From Eledone cirrhosa (Eukaryota): DNA of 64,000 bases. This document shows, piece by piece, positions 1 through 11,559 of this stretch. The stretch spans positions 264,926,001 to 264,990,000 of the forward strand of contig OZ024742.1 of assembly GCA_964016885.1 (NCBI GenBank). Direction: 5' to 3'. The notes beneath the pieces were generated by a model. It did not search any database and had not been told where the DNA came from. It saw only the letters and a list, made by a program, of their open reading frames with translations. Position 1 is the first letter of the stretch; each line of letters starts with the position of its first letter. Position numbers and translations under genes: made by a program.

Positions 1-1107
1 AACTGACACTGTTAAATAATATTTTTTAATTGGAATGAAATCACCCATTTGAAATGCCTCAATGATATAAAATTAGTTTTACTCTAGAACATGATTAGAA
101 CAATAATAAGTAACTATATACATATATTTTTAAAATATATATGTGTGAAAATATTCTTAACTCCATACATATCATTTTCTTCTATACCTGCAGGGGACGT
201 TTGACTAACGAAAAATCGTGTAAATATTTTCAAATCTAACTGAACGATCTGCTCTATATTTGTAGGAAACATTTTTTAACAACCCCTGCTCTAACCAATT
301 CCTAGTTTTAATGTATTTTTTCCGAAAAAAGCACTGATGAGTTAAGCATTTTGCATGTTTGAAAACCTTATACAAGCTTATACTGACTTTGAACTTAACA
401 TTTTAACTGCCTGTCTAAATGCTCCTTGGATCGTCTATTTTTCTTGATATTTGTCTTATGATATTAATTTATTGTTATTTTATTATTTATATTTCCCGAA
501 GAGATACAGTTGGGATAAAGCACCCATAATGGAAATAATTGTGAACTGGTAATCTCCAGTTTCTCCACAAATGGATGCGATATTCTAGCGACGTTGAAAC
601 GTTCGTAGAGATGTATAAATAAATAATAATATCCTATCCTTGGCTTTCATAAAATTTGAATTTTAAATGCTCTGCTACCTGAATTACGCTTAGTTCATCC
701 AGTTTCTTTTCACTTCTGAAGAACAGAGTACGGTAAAGTGCATCGAGTTTATTTCATCTTACCAATGAAAATAGTGAAGTACTACACTCATATATTGTTG
801 TATATATATATACATAAAATTATAAATGGGAAGAGCGAATAGATAGAAAGTTACCTAATTTTACTTCAATGTCCCATCTGCAGTTTTGCTGAGTGGTGTG
901 CAGATAGTGAGCATCTATAACTGTGAGGCCAATTGCTTTTCAAGAGGCATCTCAGACTCAGAAAAATATCCTAGTACTGATTGCTGACAATGATATTTTC
1001 AAAAGGGAAAAATATCACGTGGTTGATACTTATGTATATATACATACACACATATGTGCGTGTGTATGTGAGCATATTTGTATATATGCATATGTATATG
1101 TATATAT

Positions 1108-1550
1108 TATGGTGAACTCAAGCTGGGCAAAAGGTTAAATAGTAAGCCAAGGAGGAGATACAGAGACTCTCTAAAAACGAACTTAAAATGGTTTTAAAAT
1201 CTTGAATCATGTGCAGCAGATAGAGTGGTTTGGAGATATGCCATTTGGGATGGAGGTAAAGCATTAGAAATGGAGAGGGTAAAACATGCAGAACTGAAAC
1301 AATAAGTGCGGAAGATTGAGACCAACAGTAATAATTATGAATCTTATCCAGCGTTGGTTTTCAAATGACCTGTGTGCCCTAAGGTGTGCCTTTTGAATGT
1401 TGGCTTGAAGTCACACCAAGGAGCACATGATGGTGAAGTCTAAGTTGACTATTCAAACGTTGCTGCAGAGAATCAGTTCTAGTGCCATGTTTATCAGAAA
1501 ATTTGCTAATCAGGTGGTGGATTGAAGCAACATCTGAAGATACACAATAA
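1108..1550 (+). mobile_element. Degraded RTE (BovB-like) LINE 3' fragment
   Basis: Translates YGELKLGKR..KPRRRYRDSLKTNLK..ESCAADRVVWR with stops, followed by a zinc-finger remnant GGGLKQHLKIH. Confidence 0.6.
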
Positions 1551-2240
1551 GCAAACCCAAAGTAGAAACATGAAAGAAATGAGACATCATTGTATTATTT
1601 GTGAATGGGTCTTTCACAGGCTTTCTGGACTCAACAACCATTTGAGATCTCATGCCAGGAAAGAACAGATATAAGGTTCTAGAAGAGGTCAAGCTTTGTA
1701 TGGAGAAGATGACCTTCATATGTGTGTGTGTGTAGTATTTCATTAATCTTTTCATGTATTTGTTTGTTTACACTTTTTCATATTTCCAGTTAAGAGGAGA
1801 AACTTGTGTGATTTGTCCACAGGGGATATTTTCAGAGAGGATTTAAATATTAGATATATTGTATATGACACCCCCTCCTCACACACGCGCATTAACACAC
1901 ACATATACATGCACACACAAATTCTTATATACCCATATATATATATATTCAGGAATAATTGTTTAAGTATTTTGAGTATAGAAATATGAGCTTAAACTTA
2001 CACTTAAATGTTTTCATTGAAGAAAGGAAAAAGACAGAATGCAATAGTATTTCCCTCTACAATAGATATTGCAGATCAGTTCCATGAAAGCTGAAAAGCT
2101 TGCTTAGAAAAACTTGATTTTTTTTTCTTTCTTTCTTCAAATTTTGCCTGAAGATCAGAGAGTAGCAAATATATATATATATATATATATATGTCTAACC
2201 CATGCTAGCGTGGAAGAACGGACGTAAAACGGTGATGATG

Positions 2241-2277
<37 letters not shown>

Positions 2278-2529
2278 AGTGGAAGCTTAGTAAAATCGAA
2301 GCTTTAGCTGTGGGCAAGCAAAGTCGACCTACAATATGAATGAGTTAGCAAAGCACTCAATAAGGGTAGGTCCTTAGAGTAATAACATAGGTTTAAATAG
2401 CTTGACAAATTGAACATTGTGGTAGGCAAAACCTAACCACACAATAACGAAAAACTAACAGGCTAAAAAGATACACCTGGACAAATCAAACGATATACGT
2501 TTAAAGTGTTTCATATATATATATATATA

Positions 2530-3250
2530 TGGTGATGCACAGAAATACAGAAAACCTGACTTCCCATGAGCACAAGCTGAAGCATATAGACAGTATGCCC
2601 CACCACAAACCACCCTCCCAGGATGACACCCCCCTCCTCCCAGGAGGAGAGGCCAAAGTAAATGAATCCTATAAAGCTCCCCAGCCCACACTGTAAAGTG
2701 GTCGTGTAGGTGTCATGATAAAAAGCACTCAGTACTCACTGTATATTGAAGTTGACGTTAGGAAGGGCATCCAGCTGCAGAAACTAAGCCAGAACCAGAC
2801 CAGTATGAGCAAAACATGGTCACCTGACCTAGGATTGCCTACGATAGGACAATCCCGCCTAACCCATGCTAGCGTGGAAAATGGACATAAAGATGCACGT
2901 GATGATGATATGCGCGTATATACACAAATATGTATATATATAGACCATGTGTGTATATATATATATAACATCCAGCCACACTGTAAAGTGGTCGTGTAGG
3001 TGTCATGACAAAATAGACCTAGCCCACACTGTAAAGTGGACATGTAATACACATGGCAAAAAGCACCCAGCACACGCTGTCAATGTGGTTGGCGTTAGAA
3101 AGGGCATTCAGCCGTAGAATACCAGCTAGAAACACTCCTATATGAGTGAGACATGGTCACCCAACCCAACTTGCCTCTAAATGGGGCAAACCCGTCTAAC
3201 CTATGCTAGTGTGGAAGATAGATGTTAATCGATGATGATGATGATGATAT
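2530..3250 (+). mobile_element. Two RTE 3'-UTR fragments with ~48-bp subrepeats and (GAT)n tails
   Basis: Both end in acccatgctagcgtggaa..gatgatgat, as do the RTE copies at 33300-33845 and 58164-59632. Confidence 0.7.
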
Positions 3251-3894
3251 GTATAATAATGGTTTACAATGTAAACTATAATAAAGTAAGGAGTGTGGGA
3301 CTGCGTCCCGAATATATGTTTCTATCCCGTTTGTGAAATAAGTTGGATTACTTTGAATAAATAATGAATGAATATTACATAATTTATCTACTAATTTTCG
3401 TTATTCTTGATTAATTATAAATAATTTTGTTGCTTATTTTAAGATTCATTTCTTTAAAATTTTCAAATGTCAACACTTCCGGTTAGCGATCGCTTAAATA
3501 AACATTCATGTATTTCTGTCATTAATTTTCTCCTAATGCAGTTTATATATAATATCGTCTTTTTTTTAATGTATCATGGATTACGTTACTGATTACATAA
3601 GAGAGTGTAACGCAGTCTTCGTTCAATTTCTGCGTATAATGTCAATTACGATTTTATTTGATGTATCATATCTACTTGCATATATACTTGCGTATAATAT
3701 CAATATGCACACTACACATGCTAGCAGAAAACTACGCTTCGGGTGGTTTTTCTGCTAGTAATAATAATAATGGTTTCTTATATAGGCACAAGGCCAGCAA
3801 TTGGGAGGGGGGGGGGAGAAAGTCGATTAAATCGAGAGTGCATGACTGGTACTTTATTTTATTGACCCTGTAAGGATGAAAAGCAAAGTTAATC

Positions 3895-3925
<31 letters not shown>

Positions 3926-4230
3926 TTTCTTTATTGGCCACAAGGGCTGACATCAAGAAAAACATTACAGACGGCACAGGACGGTACAGGACGGTACAAT
4001 GTGGGTTTGTGCGTGTAAATATTTTTATTATTTATATAAGAAAAGAAAAAAAGACATAGAAACATATATATATATATATATAAACAATAAAAATGAAAAA
4101 ATTCCCCAAAGGGGCAAAACCTCCGAGGGTTACACGTGGCGAAAACCACACAAAAGACCACAGCCACCCTGACCACCAGGGCAAGCGCCTTCTCTCAATT
4201 TTTCCATTTCTCAAACTAAAGGCGTATATT

Positions 4231-7200
4231 TCACCATGGCCACCAGGCAGATGAAAACCGCCAGCCCTTCCATTTCTCCTCGAAGGAAGACGGCGAGACC
4301 ATCTGCACAATGGACTCAGTCGACAACCGGATCAGTCCTACACGCGACAGCAACTGTTCGACATAGCTCCATAAGTCAGCAATGCTCGGGCACTGAACGA
4401 GTGCGTGCACGACGGTTTCGTCGCTCTGCGCGCATCTCGGACAGGCTCGGCTGACGGCACTTCCGTGCCTGTAGAGCTTATCTCGAACCGGCAGTGCTCC
4501 CCGGTAGCACTGCCAGGCCAGGGATTTTTGGAAGTTATCGATAGGTCCCGGGCTGAAAGTTCTCCGGAAGAGAGCAAACAGCTGATCTTCCACGCCCAGG
4601 ATATCTCCGAGAACGTCGTCACTCTTCCCCTCTATAGTCCTCTATAGAACACCGAGGTGGATGTTCTACCGAGACTGGTGCCCAGCTGGCAGAGAGCAGT
4701 GAGCTCCTGGAGACATTCCTGTTTTCAAGCGCTATCCCTCGGTCTTTTCCTGACCCAGGACTGCAGCTCCGTCAAGGAGACAAGCTGTGGGAAAATGTGC
4801 CTGGCGAACGGCGACCACAGCTGTTCACCGTCAAGGAAGCACCAGAGATGTCGCAGCCTCAGCGCATGTTTGCACATCATCAGCTATGGCATGCCCAGTC
4901 CTCCACGCAACGGGTGTTGACAGCAGATGGATCGTCTGACCATGGGAGCGCGTCCCTTCCACACAAAGCGGAAGAGGAGGCGCTCCATTTTGGTGAGAGT
5001 TTGGCCGGGGGACGACGGTGAGGCGGTAGCAGATGACGGATGCGATGAACGCAGTCGCCACCTCCGCCCGGCCTTTCAGGGACAGCTTCCTCTCTGCCCA
5101 TTTCTGGGTGATGGAGGCCACCTTGCTCGTTACCTCGCTCTAGTTTTTCTCCATATGGAGGTCCAGTCCGAACCAGACCCCGAGCAATTTAACTGGTCTG
5201 TCTGTACAACGCCCCACGAGGCTGTCGAACGACATGGACTTGCCTCTCCAGGTGCCGAGCTGCAAGCCCACCGACTTTTCCTGGTTTATCTTTGCTCCTG
5301 TCACCTCTTCGTATTCCTTGAGAGCAGTGCCGAGCATCTGGACGTGCCTGGTGCTCGACACCACCACGAGGACGTCGTCGGCGTAAGCCGACTCGGATTT
5401 CCCGCATCCTAGTTCGTGTGGGACGCCCCTCATCGCCCCCAGTTTGTGCAGTAATGGCTCGAGAGCCAATACGTACAAGAGGGATGAGAGGGGACAACTC
5501 TGGCGGACCGAGCGCATGATGCTGAACGGCTGCGACAGGTGACCGTTCACCCTCACAACAGCAGATGTTGCTGTACATCGCAGCGATACAACCCCTGAAA
5601 ACGGGCCCGAAACCGGCTGCCAGGTACCGATGGTCGACCCTATCGAATGCTTTGGATTGATCCAAGTTGATCAGGGCCCCACCCCTGCCAGGTTCCTTAA
5701 CCACCCTCTTTATGATGTATCGCATGAGGTGGAGGTTGTCGTGTATAGATCTGTCCGGAATGGTGCATGTATGTGCCTCACCCACCAGACCCTTGACGAC
5801 AAGCGCCAACCTCGTTGCTGACACCTTGGCCAAAATCTTGAACTCTGCGTTTAGCAGAGTTATGGGTCTGAAGTTATCGATAACATCCTCCTTGTTCGGG
5901 TCTTTTCTCAGCAGCCCACCGCTCCCCGGATTACAAAACTGGGAATGCTCCCGTTCTGCTGCCAATTGCAGTAGACGTCTGCCAAGAGGTCAGCGAACAA
6001 GTCTGGCATAAATGCATAAAGCTCGTAGGGCAGACCATCCAAACCCGGCGATTTACCCCTCGTGCAGTTAGCCATTGCTTCCCGTATTTCACCGGGTGCT
6101 ATTGGCTTTTCGCAACACTGTGCTGCGGTCGTCAAGAGCCGAGGCAGTTCGTCGAGGTATGCACTGAAGTCCATACTCCGATCCGGCCCGCCGCTGCCTC
6201 CGAACAGTTCAGCAAAGTGCTGCTGAAAAGCTTCACACATCTGCTCGGGTTCGAGCAACACGCACCCGTTTTGGCCAGATAAAGACCGAATTGTGGCTTT
6301 GTTGTCACGTCGCGCCTCTGCCACCCGCGCCCATTGGACGGCTTTTGTCCCCTCATGTTTCAGAGCAGGCGCTCTAGCTCTGACAACGCAGCCTTCGTGT
6401 TTTGCGTTGAAGAATTGGTCGAGTGCCAATCTCGCCGCAAACACGTCGGTTGCTGTCCTAAACGCCTCTTCTAGTTTTCTGCCTAGCTCTCCCTCTACTC
6501 TATTTTCCTCTATCACTAGTCCTTTGCTAAACCCAATCGACTCTACTTTAATAGCCCTTTTCAGGGCGAACCACCACCTGTTGTTGACGACCGCTCCCAT
6601 CAATGCCCGCTTAACTAATACGCTAATCCGGTCTCTGTAGGCTTTCCAGTAACCAGGTCCTTGTCTATGAAGTCTGTCTATGTCGATCTCACAGATCACA
6701 AATTTGTGGTCTGTGTAGTCGACTATTTTAAATTGTGGACAACTTATACTAGCCTTATCTAGTTCTCTGCAGAATTCCCTATCGAAATATGATCTGGATG
6801 ACCCGATGCGGTTTGTCCATGTCCACATTGGCACATTCGGATGATCCAGTCGATACCTGTCAGACAGTTCAAAACATCTGAGCAGGTTGGTGAGGCTCTT
6901 GCACCCTCCTCCCCTATCCACTAGCCCCACACAATCCTAGTGTGCATCCAAGATACCGTTCCAGTCGCCCACTAACACTAAAGAGCGGGACGTTCCAAGA
7001 AAGGTTTCTAGACGTCTGAAGAAATCTGGTCGTCCTCTCCCTGTCGGGGCATAGACGGCTACTAGCCTGAAAGCGTTGCCTTCAGTGCCGCTTACGTCCA
7101 GCACCACCGACTTACCTTCTGGGTCCAGGAAGATGGTCCGTATGGCGAGACCCAAGCCTTTCCGAAACAATACAGCCACTCCGCCCCCCACTCCCGGATG

Positions 7201-7422
7201 GCTCGGAGATGCGTACACCTCGTAACCGTTGAAGATCGGTGCGAAAGCTTGCGTTTCGGAGATTCTCGTCTCGCTGATGGCCACCGCATCTATGTTTAGT
7301 GACCTGAGGTCGTTAAGCAAGTGACCCTGCTTCCAAACCAAGCTCAAGCCATGTACATTTACACTTCCGATCCTGAATACGGCCATGTTGGGTGAGGAAC
7401 AGGGCAAGTGAGAAAGGATCAC
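4231..7422 (-). pseudogene. Tx1 ORF2 (APE-RT-zinc finger), broken
   Basis: Consecutive pieces 6937-7422, 5908-6930, 5189-5965, 5140-5556, 4831-5121 and 4231-4593 are in canonical domain order. Confidence 0.9.
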
Positions 7423-9470
7423 TTACCTTGATTGTCTGGTGAAGGGGCCGTCGAATCATCCCTTCGGCTCGTCGTCGGCTCTTCTGTGAGTATATCCGAA
7501 TATACTCTCCGGTTGAGTGTCCCTCCTAGGTCTCTGAAATCACCAACTGCGTTAGGGAATTTAATTTTAATGTTTGTGTATTGTTTCAGTGATATTCTTA
7601 CCAGTCTTATGTTCGTAGGTGTTTTGATTTGTGCTGGTATTATGTAGTCGTGCTGTGAAATGTCTGTGTGTTCAATTATGTGAGTCACTAGTTTCTTGTG
7701 TGTATTTATTGCTGTGCATTTCTTTTTCTAGTGGTGGGGTGTGGTTCTGCTATTTTCTTGTCGTTGTTGCTGGGTGTGTGTGTTTGTTGTTGTTCTTTGC
7801 GATGTTGGTGCTTGTGGTGGTTTTGTTGAAGGTGTTGTTTTTGTTGCCGGTGGGGTTGCCGCCGGTGGTGATGGTAGTGCTAGTGTGGGTTGTGATGGTG
7901 TTAGTGGTGTTGCTGCTGTAAGTCTCTTTGCAGTAGCCTTCACCCTTTTTTCATTTCTTCCCTCCCTTTCGAAGGTCACGATGCGGTGCTTCTGCGTTTG
8001 TGCCTTCTTGCGACCTTCTGCCATCCCTCTCCCACCTCACACTCTATGTCTGATTCTGTAAGGTCGAGGAGGCGTACCAGTTCCACTCTTTCACTTGTTC
8101 TTGTTGGTGATGGTTGCAGTGGAGTCTCTGTTGCAGCTGCAGTTGGTATTACTGTTGTTGTTGTTAATACTTTCACTGCTGCTGCTGTTCTTGATTTCCG
8201 TGGCGTGGGTATGGGTGCCACGGACCTATCCTTCCTGCTTGCCGCCTGTCCTGTTGCTGGTAGCACTGGAGCCGGTTTCGGAAGGAGGGAGGGTTTTCTC
8301 CTTTCTCGGGGTCTTCTCATTGTAGAAGGCCATGAGGTGAGTCTTTGACCCACAGCAAAAGCATTTTGGGCGTTTGCCCTCAACACTTATGAGAAGTTGA
8401 GTGCCGTTATCAAAGTCTATCACATCCGGGATAGCTTCGATGCACTCCTGGTTGGTTTGAATTAACATCTCAATGGAGGCGCCGACCGAATCTTCTCGTA
8501 CTTTTTTCTGTACTTGCAGTACGGTTGTTTTGTCCTCGATTCCGACGAGGACAGACACAGCCAGCCAAGAAGGGGCCATCCCGGGGGGACATGTGTCAGT
8601 TTGACCCTCAGAATTTTTTGCCCGCAGTAGGAGGGCACCAACACCATTTCCTCGCTCCTTGGGATTACTAAGGATTGAGCCTTTGCCTCCTGGGGTGTGG
8701 AAAAAAGCACGTCCACGGTGGCATATTTCTTGCCTCGGGTGATATGCGTTTTCTGCTGCCACACAGATCCTAAGGCTTTTTGTATTTGAGCCTCTGTGGG
8801 CTCTTTCAACCCTACGTGATTTTGTGCTTACTGTACGGTACGTGACCGTACAGTGCTGTTGGCTTTCGAAAAATTCTTCGGCTGCCTTGCAGATTGCTCG
8901 GTGTCCGGTTTTCGTCACCATCTTTCTTGCTTCCTGTAATTCCTCATTTGTTATAAGGATGGTTTCCAGGTTCTTTGCGATACCTGCAAACGAGATTAGT
9001 TTTTCTTTCTTGTTGTTGTTGTCGTCAGAGCTGTTGTTATTTTTCTTGTTGTTGCTGCTGCTGCTGCTTGTGCTGCTGCTGTTGTTGTTTATGCTGCTGC
9101 TGATGTTGTTGCGGCTGCTACTAGTATTTTCCTCGCCACTGTTGCTGCTGTTATTACGGCTGCTGCTGCTATTCTTCATGACGTCAGACGAATGAAATAG
9201 CTTTCCGTATTTACCGCACATATCTTTCGTTGTTGTCGTCGTCGTGGAGAAATGTTCCACGGCACGCGCGTTCTCTTGATGAAGAACACTACGAGAGACT
9301 ACATTTTTCTTTTTCTTTAATGGCGTCGCTTGCAAAAGAGGCGACAGAGGCATCACCACATTTAGAGAAGGGAGGGAGAGAGACAATCTTTTCTCTGACG
9401 TAATGATGATTGGGGAAGAAGAAGACGGAAGGAGTGGGAGTGACTTGTGAAAATTCTTTTTTGTAGCCAT
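7419..9470 (-). pseudogene. Tx1 ORF1 (gag-like), broken by frameshifts
   Basis: Overlapping ORF pieces 8226-9470, 8462-8809, 7976-8386, 7728-8024 and 7419-7688; poly-S/N tract and CxxC-x4-H knuckle. Confidence 0.7.
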
Positions 9471-9703
9471 GTTTTTTTACGGTTTAAAATGAATATTGGG
9501 CACAAATCCCCAATAACTGGTTATTTAACCCCGAAGGGCCAAATAACGGACAGAAAGACCCCTCTCACGAGGAGGAGAGTGTCTTTATCTACAATTTGGT
9601 TCAAGTTTTAAACAATTTACAATTGTTATAACGGTTAAAAATTATAATACCTTACAGAGCCGAGCCTCCGTCAACCATGGCATTCAATAATAATAATAAT
9701 AAT

Positions 9704-10200
9704 ACGTTGAAAAGCATGAGAGAAGTAAGAAGCTTCATTCTATCTTGAAGGAGAGCAAAAAATATGCTACTGATCTCATGCTTGATACCCAGGCTGGACA
9801 GACTAAATAAACTGTTGCCACTGATGCTGCTAGGCACATAAAATCACTGGCAAAAGCAAAAGGGCAAGGACAATTAGCATCAAATTGGGAGCAGAAACCT
9901 CTGCGTGGCAAATATATGGCCTGTAGCAAACAAGCTGACGTTGACCAAAAGCACACCCATCAGTGGCTACGTAGTTCAGGGCTAAAGGCGAAGAGTGAAG
10001 GCTTAATCTTAGCTGCCCAATATCAAAGCTTATTGACTCGTAATTACCAGGCTAATGTGATGAGAAACGGAATAAACCCAAAGTACCGATTCTGCAATGA
10101 TGAGGTTGAAAAAGTGGATCACTTAGTCTCTGGATGTAAAGTTTTAGCACCAGTAGAATACAAATATAGACATGACAGAGTTGGCCAATATCTACACTGG
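9704..10200 (+). mobile_element. R4/Dong-like (RLE-type) LINE fragment
   Basis: HQWLRSSGLKAKSEGLILAAQ..RFC..VDHLVSGC..YKYRHDRV (CCHC region); begins right after (AAT)6. Confidence 0.8.
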
Positions 10201-10457
10201 GTCTCTGCACGAGGTGCAAAAAATTGTTTTGACTGGTACTGCACACTTATTGAGAAGAGCACTATCTCTGTAAGACGGATATCCTTCCTTGTATTTACAT
10301 ATGCAGATGTGTATATATGTATACTGTTTTTTTAAAAATTATAATCAATGTGCTGTATTAACTGGCTTACCAATGCACACTGTGAATTTATTTGCCCTAG
10401 GTGTCAGTAAGACACTCAGCATATATCTCCGAAACAATAATGAAAGAAAATAAAAAT

Positions 10458-10644
10458 AATAATTGTTTCTACTTTTGGCACAAGGCCAGCAATTACCCAG
10501 TGCATTACTGGTACTTTATTTTATCGACCCCGTACGGATGAAAGGCAAAGTTAACCTCGACGGGATTTGAACTCAGATCATAATGGGAGGTAACTCTATG
10601 CTTCAAAGCATGGCGTCCGACCCTCTCCCGATACTGCCAATCCC
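10458..10644 (-). mobile_element. tRNA-derived SINE (Meta/MESC-like core)
   Basis: Reverse complement of the consensus at 19696-19887: A box, B box gagttcaaatcc, core ctttgcctttcatcc..ggggtcgataaaataaagtaccag. Confidence 0.85.
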
Positions 10645-10684
10645 TTAAAAATAAAAAAATAATAATAATAATAATGAGTATAAA

Positions 10685-11240
10685 TCGAAGTTGCAGCCAC
10701 AGTACAGCAGATACTTATCAAATTGTTTGAGGCAGTCAAACTGAGTTTGAAGTGCGATGTTGCATGGTAGTGAAACATGGGCTGTGACTGCTGATAACAT
10801 GCATAGACTGGAGAGAAATGAAGCAACCATGCTTAGTTGGATGTGTAATGTAAGTGTGAGAGAGAGGCAGAGCTTGGATGAGTTGAGGGAGAAGCTGGGT
10901 TTAAGATGAATCCAAGGTGGTGTGCAGGAGAGAATACTGTGTTGGTATGTACATGTGATGTGCATAAACAATGATTGCTAGGTAAAGAAGTGCCAGGAAA
11001 TCTCAGTAGAAGGAATCCGCAAAAGAAGTAGACCAAAATATGGGCAGATGTTGTGAGAGCTGACCTCAAATCACTGAGACTTGCAAAGGAGATGACTCAC
11101 AAAGGGAACTCAATGAGTAGAGAGATGTTGTACTGAGAAGGATACGTCCAACTCATGCAAGTGTTGAAATATGGACATGTAAACCATAATGATGCTATAT
11201 ATTAGCATTGAAAATAAACGTTAAATGACGATGATGGTGA
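10685..11240 (+). mobile_element. Degraded RTE LINE 3' fragment
   Basis: AMLHGSETWAVTADNMHRLERNEATMLSWMC motif and RTE-type tail. Confidence 0.8.
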
Positions 11241-11260
11241 TAAACATATACATATATATA

Positions 11261-11368
11261 TACTAGAGTAAAGCATGTCCAGAGAATTATTTGATAATAT
11301 ATATACATCATCTCTAGATGATGTATATATATTATCAAATAATTCTCTGGACATGCTTTACTCTAGTA
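11261..11368. repeat. Perfect palindrome with 53-bp arms and 2-nt centre
   Basis: tactagagtaaagc..tacatcatct-ct-agatgatgta..gctttactctagta; extends imperfectly to ~11231-11402. Confidence 0.95.
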
Positions 11369-11559
11369 TATATATATATATATATATGTATATCACCATC
11401 ATTCCATCTAGTATTTCGCTCTGATTAATTTATTAATTCTCAATTGAGCCACAACATGAAAAGTTGCAAAAACACATATATACCTGTAACTCTGTTTAAT
11501 TGGTGTATGTGTAAATATTTATATATATATATATATATAGTAATAATAATAAATTTGAA

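Larger units (their letters stand above)
3895..9685 (-). mobile_element. Near-full-length Tx1-clade (L1 group) non-LTR retrotransposon, frameshifted
   Basis: ORF1 region 9470-7419 with zinc knuckle CFCCGSKTH. ORF2 has APE (SVNVHGL, AVYAP, GDWN, YTDH), RT (KSPGLDG, FRPITLLN, LDQSKAFDRV, AYADD) and CPRC..ETVVHALVQC. 3' end has aataaa then an (ATT)n tail; (AAT)n lies at both ends. Confidence 0.92.

Noticed and set aside
330-370. ctgatga..gaaa as a hammerhead
   Set aside because: Stems I and III could not be formed convincingly.
1016-1021. CACGTG E-boxes (also ~4134, 45261, 51511 and 58751) as clock autoregulatory sites
   Set aside because: Isolated hexamers, mostly inside transposons, at a frequency compatible with chance.
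5140-5965. Bacterial retron, DGR or group II intron RT
   Set aside because: The RT is flanked by APE and zinc-finger domains in LINE order and has an (ATT)n tail.
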